Assembly (NCBI RefSeq): GCF_000143415.4
Contig: NW_003314273.1
Span: 124,001-188,000, forward strand
Length of the DNA stretch: 64,000 bases
Direction of reading: 5' to 3'
Source: Selaginella moellendorffii
Taxonomy: Eukaryota; Plantae; Lycopodiophyta
Position 1 is the stretch's first letter, and each line of letters starts with the position of its first letter. The translations under genes and the position numbers were made by a program. Under the pieces are notes generated by a model. It saw nothing but the letters and a program-made list of their open reading frames with translations. It was not told the DNA's origin and did no database searches. This document shows, piece after piece, positions 11,141 through 22,989 of the stretch.

Positions 11141-13732
11141 AAGAATGCCACCACCGCCCCGGCTCTGCCAAAATGCAGACAAAAGAAGATCTGTGAGATA
11201 AAAACACCATCAAGGTCCACCTAATTCATGAAGACGAGTCATTGAAGGAAGTTTAGAAAGAAGGGGGGAAAAAAACCACCAAGACAAGCAAGCCAAAGCA
11301 AAGAAAGCAAGAAGAAGTATGAAGAACTCATGACTCGTACCAAGAGCGAGAGGCAAGAGCACTGACCTTTACAAGTGAAAAAGAGGCTCGCTGTGAATGT
11401 AGACCGCAACTTGACCCTTTACAAAGAGCCCTTTCAATGAATGCGAGCACCACTAGCGATCAGACACGAGCACGAGGAAGAGGCCGTTGTTGGGCTGCCT
11501 CTCGGGAATAATCTCGTCCGACCCACAAAGCTGTGACGCTGCTCGCTGGCCAAACTTTCCTTCTTTTGCTACTTGGAGCTCTCGCTCACGGGCCCTCACC
11601 GATGACCCAGCTGGGAGCCATCCGTGAGCTCGCAATGGGAAAATGTTTCAATCCATGTATCTTGGAATAAAACGTCCGATTCTACTGCAGACCAGACCAA
11701 CAACAACAAAAAAACATGAGAAGGGAAGAAAAAAAAAAACCTTTAAAAACTAAAGAAAAAGAAAAAAGGAATCAAAGCACGAATCACTCGGTAGCTAGAG
11801 TTAGATAAACCAGCCTCGAGGAAGAAAAGGGGGAGAAGTTTTAACACGAAGAAGAGAGGGCTTCCACTGGAAATCCAAGCAAAGCAACCACTAAACCTAG
11901 AAGATTGGGACCACACAAAAACAATAACGCCACAAGAACACGCACACAGCTTTTCTCGGATGCATGCATCTCAACAAACGGTCATCAATCCATCCATTCC
12001 TCCATTCCACTCACACAGGACGAATGATCTGGACAGAAATTTCAGAGTGAACCTGATGCATCCGGCCGCCGATGCGTGTGATCTTCCTCCCAATTCCTCC
12101 GGCGCCGCCGCCGCCGCTGCTGCCGATGGATCAAAATATCGGTCCTGCGCCGATCTTTCACCTCTCGCCCGCGAATGTGGCAGCGCCGCAGCTCAGATCG
12201 ATCGAAAAGAGGGAAGAACAGGAGAAGAAAAGAGGGGAAAGAAAAAAGAGGAAAAAAAACTGGCCCCGACAGACCGCCTCGCGCTTCACATCTCCGACAC
12301 GGACACACGCACACCCAAACTCGCGAAATGCAAACCCTTAACTGCCACTAAGTTAGGGCCCGGAGCGCCAGCTATGGCGGAGGCCCCTCTCTCCCATCTC
12401 CACATCTCCTCCCTCCAGAGGGGGAGCGCGTTTTTGGTGCGGCACGAGTTTCGGCCATGGCCCAAGACCGCAGGGACCGAGCTGTCGTACACCAAATGTT
12501 GGGCCGGGCAGTAATGCCTGCCCGCTGCCCGCCCTGCCCGTGCCGGCCACCCAGTCGGTATTGACCGGCGCGTGTCGGTAAGAATTGTTCCGCGATTAAT
12601 AAAAGAACGTTATTAAAAGAAGATGATCGTATGTATGTATCCGCGAATCACTACCCGGTCTTTGTTAGGAGCGGATAAAAAACCCTAAAAACGAGAGAAA
12701 GAATGTGCAACATTTTTCTTTTCGATGGTGGCGAGACACAATGTGTGCGCGTGGGGTGTGCGGTGCCTTGAATGACAGACCTAACAATTCGCTCCAGATG
12801 ATAATTTAGTCCCACCGATGAGATCACACTCATTTGTTTGAGAGGTTTTATATCATTGTCTTGTGCCTCCACTCCTTTTGATGCACAATTTCAAAGTCTA
12901 TACTACAGCGCATGTGGTCATCCGCCCCTCTTATGATTAGCATAAGGCACCGAGTAAACAATACTAGTTTAATCTAATCTGTTGGCCGGTCCTCCGCCGA
13001 TTAGACAAGGCAACACGCCAGGCCCTTTGATAGAAAACGGAGATATACTCCCGGGCTTGGGTGGACAGCGGTTACACAAAAGGTCACTTCTATATTACGC
13101 CAAAGTTCCCTCACGTTGATAATGATAGGACTTTGTATGATAGTAAAAATTAAAATAAAGGCAAAGAACAAGATCGGCTGTTTCAAACGTGTGGTTCCGG
13201 GTTCGAGCCCACATCACGACAGTGTACCCCACGGAGAATATTCGCACGTCAGCCCCCAGCCTTTCATCCCTTGGACGAAGATGCGGCATTTTTTTAAACT
13301 TGAAAGTCTGGGTATATGCAAGTTTATGCTCTTCTTGCGTGCCCGAAAAGAGTGGGCTCGTCATCCGACAGGGGCTGCCCGTCGACCGACCGGGCAGCAA
13401 TAGACAACTCAAATGGGGCTAATGTTTGAGCCTTTCACATTCTGTTGCGGGCGATCCATGCCGTTGGTGGGGCACTGGTGACTGGGCGCGATCGATATCG
13501 TCCATTTCCATGTGCTGCGCGGTCCGGTGCTCGATTCTCGTGGGCCCGCTGTGGAGAGCCTAACTAGGCCTATCATTTCTTTTCGCCATGTTCGGAACAA
13601 CAGACATCCACTCCACTGTCTTTTTACATGTTGCTAACGTGTTGTTGTTGTGCTACGAAAAGAAAGATGCGCGATGGAAGAGGTGCACTGAGAGGATTCG
13701 AACTGCAGACCTCTAGAAGAATCCGGGGCCTT

Positions 13733-13741
13733 AAACCCTAG
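13733..13741 (+). promoter_or_regulatory. Telo-box (AAACCCTA) just upstream of EFL1
   Basis: AAACCCTAG 23 nt before the ATG of a ribosome-biogenesis gene. Similar boxes lie near 20114, 25049, 36898 and 60407. Confidence 0.6.
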
Positions 13742-13763
13742 ACCGCGTTCGCATTCTAGGGCA

Positions 13764-16700
13764 ATGGAGAGGGAGGCGGCGAGGACGCGAAATATTTGCA
13801 TTCTCGCGCACGTCGATCACGGCAAGACCACCCTCGCGGATCATCTCATCGCCGGCGCTGGAGGCGGTGTCTTGCATCCCAAGCAAGCTGGTAAGCTGCG
13901 GTACCTGGATTACAGGGACGATGAGCAGCAGCGCGCCATCACGATGAAGAGCGCCTCGATTGCGCTTAGATTCCAGGGACATTCCGTCAATCTCATCGAT
14001 TCTCCCGGCCACATTGATTTCTGCAGCGAGGTTTCCACCGCCGTGAGGCTGAGCGATGGGGCGCTGGTCCTTGTGGATGTTTGCGAGGGCGTCCACATTC
14101 AAACACACGCGGTGCTTCGCCAGGCCTGGATGGAACAAGTGAAGCCGTGCTTGGTTCTCAACAAAATGGATCGTCTCATCACCGAGCTCAAATTGACGCC
14201 TTTGGAGGCCTACACTCGAATGAAGGTATTTTTTTATTTTCCTTCCTCACTGCCTCGCAGCATCGATCCTTGCATTAACTTCTGGAAGTTAATTTTTTGT
14301 TTTTCCGTTCTCATTGCCACTCTCAGGGAATTATCTCCGAAGTGAACAGCATAATGAGTGGATTTCGATCTGAGAAGTATTTATCGGATGTGGATTCCAT
14401 TCTTGCAGGAGCTGAGGAGAAGGCCAACGGACGCGAGCAAGAAGATGGTGATTCTTTTGACGACTACGATGATAGCGAATCCGAGAAGGATGTTTTCTCT
14501 CCGCAGCAGGGAAACGTAGCCTTCTCCAGCGCCGTCGATGGGTGGGCTTTTAGAACGTACCAGTTCGCGGAGTTATACCGGGCAAAGCGGGGATTTAGTC
14601 TTGCGTCGCTGAGGAAGTCTCTGTGGGGTGACTTCTACTTCTTAGCAAAGGAGGAGAAAATCGTGGGGAAGAAGGCCGCTGGGAAGCACAAGCCGATGTT
14701 CGTCCAGTTCATATTGGAGCCGCTATGGCAAGTTTACAACGCCTGCATGGAAGGGAAGCAAGGGATCGAAATGCTTAACAAGGTGGTGGAGAAAATGAAG
14801 CTCACCATATCGGTTCGTGAGCTTCAGAACAGGGATCCAAAGATAGTTCTGCAGGCGGTCATGAGCAAGTGGCTTCCTCTCCACGACAACATCTTGTCAA
14901 TGGTGCTGGAAGTTCTACCAGATCCGGCCACAGCTCAAGCATACCGCACAACAACAATGTATCCCAGAAGGCTTGTTGCTTCTAGTACCAGCCAGGACGT
15001 AGAAGCTGAGCTTGAAGCCGTGAGAAGGGCCGTGGAGAGTTGTGACGATCGACCAGAGGCTCCATGCGTGACGTTTGTTTCGAAAATGTTTGCGGTTCCA
15101 GTTGAGATGATGCCTCGCGGAGAGGATCTTTTCAAAACGGACTGGAATGCAGGTGATATAGATGCATCACACAGGGAATGTTTCTTAGCTTTCGCCAGGG
15201 TCTTCAGCGGAGTGATATCAGTGGGACAGCACGTGTTTGTTCTCTCGGCTCTCTACGATCCAACTGAGGCGCAGCAAGAAAAAAAGAACCTCCAGGTAGC
15301 GAGAGTGGAAGCGCTTTACAGTATGATGGGCCGAGGCCTGGAGCCTTGTGACAAAGCCACTGCCGGCAACGTCGTGGCCATTCGAGGACTCGGCCAGTAT
15401 ATCTTGAAGTCGGCAACTCTATCGTCTACTCAGAACTGTTGGCCTTTCGCCGGTTTGAACTTCCAGGCTGCTCCAATCGTCCGTGTGGCAGTGGAATCAT
15501 CGGATCCAGCGAACATGGCTGCGCTCTCGAGAGGCTTAAGACTACTTAACAGAGCCGATCCTTTCGTGGAAGTGAGCCTCTCCAGCACTGGCGAGCACGT
15601 CATCTCCGCGGCTGGGGAAGTTCATTTGGAGCTGTGCATCAAGGATTTGAAAGAGCGGTTCGCCTGCGTGGAGCTGGAAGTATCTCCGCCTCTAGTGGCA
15701 TTTCGAGAAACCATAGACGAGAACGCGACCGAGGTTAAGACCGACTATGTGGAAGTGACTACACCCAACGGCCGATGCACTATACGTGTTCACGTCGCGA
15801 GGATGCCGAGCTCACTGACTCAGCTGCTGGACGAGAGTGCGGAGCTGCTCAAGAACTTGGTCTCCGGCAAGAAGAAGCCGCAGACAGCCATCGAAGGCAA
15901 AGCCGATCCGGTGGAAGCAATGAAAGCACGGCTACTAGCAGCTGCATCCGGTGATTCCGAGAAGAAGAAAGGTGACGGAAGTTTTGAGAAGGAACTGAAA
16001 CGAATCTGGGCTCTTGGCCCGCGAGGAGTGGGACCGAACATCCTTCTCGTCCCGGACTACGACCGCCCAGGACGGCCTAAAGGTGGTACATCCATCGACG
16101 GTAGCACGTCTACAGCAGAGATACGAGGCTCTCCATACGTGTCGGAGCTACTGGGCTTCGCTGTAGCTCACAAGCAGAGCACTGATCCAGAGAGCTCGGG
16201 TTTACTCTCTGCCGAGGCCGATGGACTGGAAGGCAACATAGTTGCGGGGTTTCAACTAGCTACAGGAGCCGGGCCACTGTGCGAGGAGCCTCTATGGGGA
16301 CTGGTTTTCACGGTAGAAGCTTTCATCTCCGAGGCAAGCACGGCCGAGAGCGCGGAAAGCCAAAACCAGCCGGGCACTTCGACGTCCTACGGCGTCTTCT
16401 CTGGCCAAGTTATCACGGCGGTGAAGGAAGCTTGCCGGGCAGCGGTGCTACACAGGTGCCCGAGGCTCGTGGAAGCGATGTATCTGTGCGAGGTGAGCAC
16501 CACCTCGCAGTACCTGGGACAGATGTATGGCGTGCTGGCCAAGAGGCGAGCTCGGGTGCTCAAGGAGGAGATGCGCGAGGGGACGGACATGTTCACGGTG
16601 CACGCCTTCATGCCGGTGGCCGAGAGCTTTGGATTCGCGGACGAGCTGAGGAGGAAGACGTCCGGCGCCGCGAGCCCGCAGCTGATGCTGAGCCACTGGG

Positions 16701-16894
16701 AGGCGCTGGCGGAGGATCCCTTCTTCGTGCCAAAGACCGAGGAGGAGCTGGAGGAGTTTGGGGATGGATCCAGCGTGCCGCAGAACACGGCCAGGAAGCT
16801 CATCGATGCGGTGAGGAGGAGGAAAGGGCTGCACGTCGAGGAGAAAGTAGTGCGCCACGCTACCAAGCAGAGGACGCTGGCCAGGAAAGTTTGA
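13764..16894 (+). CDS. EFL1: Elongation factor-like GTPase 1 (EFL1/RIA1; 60S maturation), 2 exons
   Basis: [30 protein letters not shown] and NKMD G-motifs, EF2-like domains III-V and the EFL1-type C-terminus [26 protein letters not shown]. Intron ~14226-14327. Confidence 0.95.
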
Positions 16895-17059
16895 TTGATA
16901 GTCACGAGATGCGAGAGAAGAGAGGCTTTTCAAAAGATGGAACCAGACATGCAATCGAAGTTAAAATTGTTCTAACTATTTCTTTTCTTTTTTAATTGTC
17001 CTGAGGTTACAAACCTCACACTGTTATCCCTCTCTGTACGGCCGTAGTGGTCGAGCAAG

Positions 17060-18920
17060 TGAGCAAAATTCAAGCTTTATTAATATTTCTACATATTTTC
17101 CAAAAACTCCATTTTATGGTTGCAAGGCATATTAATATTTTTACATATTTTCCAAAAACTTCATTTCATGGTTAGTTGCCTTGCAACTATTCTGGTAATG
17201 TTTCTATTTCCCTAAATATATTGAAGATAATAGTAATGGTTGTTCTTGTTCAAATAAGTTAAATTTTTTAAAAATAAAATAGAATATTATGTGTTAACAT
17301 GGAATTATATATGTAGTGGATTTACTAAATCATGTTTTTACTACATTATTATTTTAGACATACTTACAATTTTGATTACATATTATGAACTATTTATTAC
17401 AAACTCTTTCACCATGATCTTTCTCTTAGGGTCTACCAAACCCCCTCTATATCTATCATGTTAAATATTCCTTCAGAATATTCTTGCCCCACTCGTTAGC
17501 CATGAGAATCGAATTGGGCTCTAATACCATTGTTAAGGTCCTATCCCTTACACTCTAAGGCAACTGATTAAAGGGGTGATCACTTGATTGTAGGGCTTTT
17601 TCCTCATCCTATTATCCTGATCTGATGCCTAATAATCCTCCAATATTATTACTTAAATTTTATTTTTTAACTTTAAGAGTTTGTTTTTTATATGTTAAAT
17701 AGAAAATCAAAAGTTTAATACATTATATGAATCTATTATTTCTAATGAGAATAATAAATTTGTTGATTACTATCTTTGTATCTAAAAAAGATTAAATAAA
17801 ACAAATCAAAGAAAAAAATTTACCTATTTTCTATTTATTTTTTAAGTCCAAATAAGAATATTATATATTTTAGAAAATTTGAATTGATGTAAAACTTGTA
17901 TAATATATAATGTTAAATATTTAAGAATTAAGTTTATTACAAGAAAGAAAATGACAATTCAATTTATCCATAAATTTTATATTTTTAGATATATTGAAAT
18001 AGTTAAAATTAAAACTATATAGGTTTAGTTCTTGCTGAATAATTTTTAATTTATAAAATATTTGCATAACCAAAATATGCATCAAGATAACATTTAATAA
18101 ACTAAAAAATAATTATTTAAAGTCTAAAAACGTTTTTTATTGTTTAAATAATATTAAAAAAATTATCTTCTTTTTTATAACTTCTAACGTTATAAATATA
18201 ATGATTTTCTTAATTAATTAAGCACTTTAATTTTATATTTATCGCTATAAACTTTTTATGTTTTTAAAACTTTTAAGGAGCTAAAACTATTTTGAAGGAC
18301 ATATAAATGTCTCATAATTATTATTTTTAGTTTTATTTTAATATAATTATATTATCAATCTTTAAATGTTAAATCCCCCTCTTCCTTCACATAAAAATGC
18401 TTTTTTTTTTAAACAAGAATGAGTATACAACTAAAAATATTTAAAATTAAAATTTATATTTTATCCACCAAAAATAAACAAAAATAGACTGTAATTATAA
18501 ATAAATACCTTACTAAAAAAAATTTAAAAATTTAAAAACTTAAAGAAGAAAATTTTCTGGTATCAGTGAGGACTTGATCGTGAAAAAGACTATAGCAAGA
18601 TAATTTTAAAAGGAAAAAGTCCAGTAAGCATATCATTTTCTTTCAAGTTTTCTAGAATAATCGACACTAATTTACATTTTTGGTTTAATTTTTCTAGAAA
18701 TCGATATTGTTAGTAGGGACTGAGAACAACATGTGAACAACATATAAATAATAAAAGAAGAAGTCTATAATAGAATTAAAAAATTTAGTAATATTCATAA
18801 AAAATTCATAATATTCAAAAAAAAAAAACTAAACCCTCATTGATTAATTTGTGTTTTTAATGAGGGTGGGAAACATTTTAAAAAATCCTAAAGAATTTTT
18901 TTTTTTTTTTTTTTAACTTT
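17060..18920. mobile_element. AT-rich decayed transposon island with an LTR-retrotransposon PBS remnant
   Basis: Abrupt drop to very low GC with scarce CpG. Minus strand 17518-17529 reads TGGTATTAGAGC (tRNA-iMet PBS-like) next to an ...AACA LTR-like end. There is a ~43-nt direct duplication at ~17079-17173. Confidence 0.5.
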
Positions 18921-19224
18921 TTTCTCAGACAAATTCTTGGTTTGGTCTTGCCAAAACAGTATATCTGCAAAAATGCCACAAGTTAAAATGCCATGATTTA
19001 CCAGCCAGAATTGATTCCCTGCCATGAAACGAGGACTAATTCAGTTGGTCAGCATCTTAAGTGGAACTGCTGGGCACGTCAAGGAATTGCATTGCCATTG
19101 TAGAAAACTTGTTTGGTCGCCGTCACTATGCTTTCCAAGTGAACACAAACCATTCACATTAGCTGCAAGTCAAATGCTCTTGTCAAAACTAAAGCATCTC
19201 CATCCCTGTCAAAGAACCTTAAAA

Positions 19225-20092
19225 AGCGTTGATGTTACGATCTGAGTATAGAAAAAAGAGAGTGCCGTTGCCATAGTCTTCCCTCCTGATAACTGCAGCA
19301 CGGAAAACGAAAAGCAAAGAAGCCTGAGAAGCTTTTAGAAAACTAGAATACTTGCTCTGACCTCGACATCAATCCGTGTCGTGAAGTCCATCGCAAGAAA
19401 AGAGACAAAAACTAAAGAAGGAAGTCAAAGCAGAGTTATATGTTGTAAAGAGCGAACCTGGTGATCCTCAGCACAGCACAAAAATCGTAAGTCGTGTAGG
19501 AAGCCTCTGATTTCTCGTCCCTGACAGTGAGACATCAACATAAACACGAAAGAAATCGCAAAAAATCTCGAAAACTAGAAACAGTCGGACTGGCGTCATG
19601 GACTAGCTCAACAAGGTGAGGCACACACGTTGAGAATATCGTAGCGGAGTAAAAGTCCCCCTCGCAGAAATGCAAGCTCCGGGAATTAGATACGCACACA
19701 AGTCAACCGAGTAGCACAGTCTCCCTCTTTTCTCTTCGTTTGTCCCAGAGTTGACAAAGCTGCCATTCAATGCAACAACTACTTCATGACCGATTGATCG
19801 GATTTCTTTCAAACGACTCTTCTCCGTCTTTGGAACGAGCAGCCACTGCAGTGAATTGCTTCGGCTCCTAAGAAAAGAAGTCAAGCGAATCATGGATCCT
19901 GATCACTGAGTTACTTACGTCTGGCATTCCAGGATGTACAATTGCTCCTTCATCGTTGGCCAGAGACTTCATGTGTTCCAATAAATATTCCAAGCGCTCG
20001 CCTGTCAGAAAGAACGAGAAGAAAAAGGAAGAACTGAGAAAGAGATCTAGCCTGGAAGCGCTACCGCTATCAGCTAGCTCCATCCACTGCAT
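19225..20092 (-). CDS. Uncharacterised small multi-exon gene (possibly degenerate)
   Basis: Telo-box at 20114, an ATG, and a series of short GT-AG introns with pyrimidine tracts (MQWMELADS-GERLEYLLEHMKSLANDEGAIVHPGMPD-...). No recognisable domain and the later frames are uncertain. Confidence 0.35.
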
Positions 20093-22989
20093 CCATCGCC
20101 GGGCAGCGGTCTAAAACCCTAAAAGTCGCAAGCCAGGCGGAATATCCAGCTGACCGTCGTCAAATTCAAACAGAGCCGTTGGATGTGCCGCGCCCAGCCG
20201 TACAAAAGTGGTCCCCAACTCGTACGGCCGTGGGTTTGTTACACATCGCGATGTCCGGCATGCAGGAAAGCGGGGATATTCCCACCCCCGCTTTCGTTTT
20301 TTCATGCCGGATTTATGCTCGAGCGAGCGCGCGAGCCTGCAAAAGAAAGGCAAATCAAAGCCGGAAAAGAAGAACAGATAAAGCGATGTTAGAAGAACAT
20401 CAACCTTAATGGCGACACCAAAACTTGCCCAGGAATGAAAGGCCACCCACATTGTGTGAGTCAATCTAACGAAACCAATTATGGACAATCATTCCATGGG
20501 TGATGGAAACAAGCGCAATGGCGGGGGCGAAACGAAATAAAACTCCCCGAAACAAACCTGGCAAGAGCATCACGAGAAACCAATCAATCACGATTCACGA
20601 CGCTGCCGGGAGCAACACAATAAATTCCAGCGAAAGAAGCAAATGATCCACAACATACCTTACAAGCAAAGTCCGCCACACTGCTTATAGCATTCGGATT
20701 GGCAGAGAGAGCTCTCTTCGGCCCATGACTTTCGAGTGTTAGATGCGCTCCAGATCGATCTACAAATTCTTGTGAGTGTACATCGCAAGAAAAAAATTTA
20801 AAGAAGGAGAGAAAGAAACACATACCGGGTATACAGGAAGAGGAGAAGAAAAAACTCTCTTTTTTCGGAGCCTTCGGCCTTCTTTGAATCTCTGTACTCC
20901 GGAAGCACAACCGTGCAAAAGCCTGGCATTTTTAAATGGTAAAGCCCGGCCTCATCCCAAGCGCGTTGGAACCAACTTTGACCCCTTCTCGTCCTCCTCC
21001 TCCCAAAAACTGATGAAAGTGTATAAGATACCCCTCCCAGCGCCTTGACTAGAGATCCATATCTTCATCCCTTCCAATGATTTCGCGATGGCGACGCTGC
21101 CACCTACCAAAATTCCAATGCCTCCCCCCGGAAAGTGATAGGTGTTGTTCCTGTTTTGATTCTGCGATGCTCCAGTTTAATCTGTGCCTCCCCCCACCTT
21201 TTACTTTCCTCTGTTTTCTTCTCGCCAAAATTTTGTCTTTCCTTTGTTGTAGTTGCCAGTCGAAGTCGTAGACTGGCGAGAGGACTGGGAATGATATATA
21301 TATGCTTTGGGCATATATATATTCCCCCTCCTTTCTTCAAGTATACTGTTCCCCTCCGGCTACTCATGTTGGACGAGTTTGGTGGAAGACCATGATGCCA
21401 GTTCATAATCGTTCGCGAGTACTGGGATGTAGAGAGCTTGCGGGGACGAGATGAGCTTTAATTTGCATGCCGGCACAGCAACGAAGATGGCCTTACTGCC
21501 TGCAAGGAGGGAGAGTGAGAGGGGGATTAGTTAACTATCAAAGATAAGCACGCAAGCTTTGGCAGGCAGAGTTTGAGTACCCGCTGCACATCACACCAAA
21601 CATAGGCTTGGCGAGCAAGAAATGACAAAGAGTTCACATGATAGGTGCCCCTTTAGAAAATGATGGTGGTGCTGGCTCAATGCGGAAGCATCCAAAAGCG
21701 AAGCTCTGTAGACACGGTTTCGCGAGCCTTGGAAAAAAAAAATTCCCTTGAAATCAAGAGACGTAAGCAACGGGGGGACGACAGACACATACGGTTCTAT
21801 TCAGATCATATGACGGCTTGCAAGTGCGGGGACAGAAACGTCTAACTTAAGGAGAATTTTCTCGCAACACTGACTGAAATCAGCAGCCCGGCGAAAAGAG
21901 TCGATGCGAATCGAGAAAACTAAAATACCATGCAAACTGCTAAACGAAAAAAACCACTTAGCTTTGCTCGGCAGCAGTAAAGATGCCAGCCGATTAATTT
22001 TTGACCCAGGCCAAGAAACGGGAATCGGATTCTGTCCTGCCAAGCACAAAGCCTGGTTCAACTAAACAAGAAGCACAAGCAAAAGACAAGCAAACAGAGA
22101 TGCAAAAGAAGGCGTCTCCATGTCACAAGCACAAAAATCTCTAAGCACCACAACTTAAGCACGACGGATGTATGAGGCGAGGCACAAATTCTCAAAGCAC
22201 AAGAGTAAAGCATGACGGATGTATGACGTACCTCTCGTATGCGTTCGTCGTTTTAACTTCGTAAGGTATGTCAGGGGCTGGGACATTTACTGTACCAGCC
22301 GGTCCTCGCTCCGTGCCTCCCAGAAAGCCAGCACATAGCGGGGACGATAGTCTCCTATGTGCATGGTCTTCCCTCTACTGTCCAAGAGTTGTAACCCTGC
22401 TGGTGCTGGAGCCTGGACAATTACGATATCATCCGTCAGTAGAGAGGCACAAAAGAAAGAAAGAAAAGAAAAGAAAAAAACAGGAAAAAGGAAAGACAAA
22501 AAGAAGACAAACTTAAACGCCGACGCTTTCCCACCTTGAAGCTCACCTCACTCGCAGGGAATAAAGAACAGAGCTGGAATGAAGTGGAAGAAAACGAGAT
22601 GAGCCGAGGTACTCCGAGTACTGGTTTGCGTGCAACCGAGTTCGTTGCTACCGTGCACCGGAACAGAAGAGGGAAACGGAACGGAGCGGCCTCGGTCGCT
22701 ATATATTGTTGAAGGTCTCGTTGTCTTCTTCTTCTTCGTCGCCTTCTTTCCTCCAGGGAGGTGTTCATACCAGCGAACCAGGAGCGGAGGTGACAACGTT
22801 CTTGTCCGCTACTTTGTCGTCGTCAAGATGAACTAGGCAGCAGAGAAAACATCAGAAACAAGGTACTGTGGAAAAACAAAATTTGTTCTCACCATGCCTC
22901 CAGCACCTTGTTCTTGTTCTTGTTCTTCTTCTCCACTCGTTGACACATCCTTCTCTACTCGTTGTCTCCTGCCCAGGCGAAGGATCATA

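Noticed and set aside
17400-17650. TRIM (miniature LTR element) around the PBS remnant
   Set aside because: The sequences on either side of the PBS/PPT-like core do not resemble each other, so paired LTRs cannot be shown.
21495-21575. CTGCCTGC...GCAGGCAG inverted repeat as a miRNA hairpin
   Set aside because: The stem is only ~10 bp with a long unpaired loop, and it matches no conserved miRNA I recognise.
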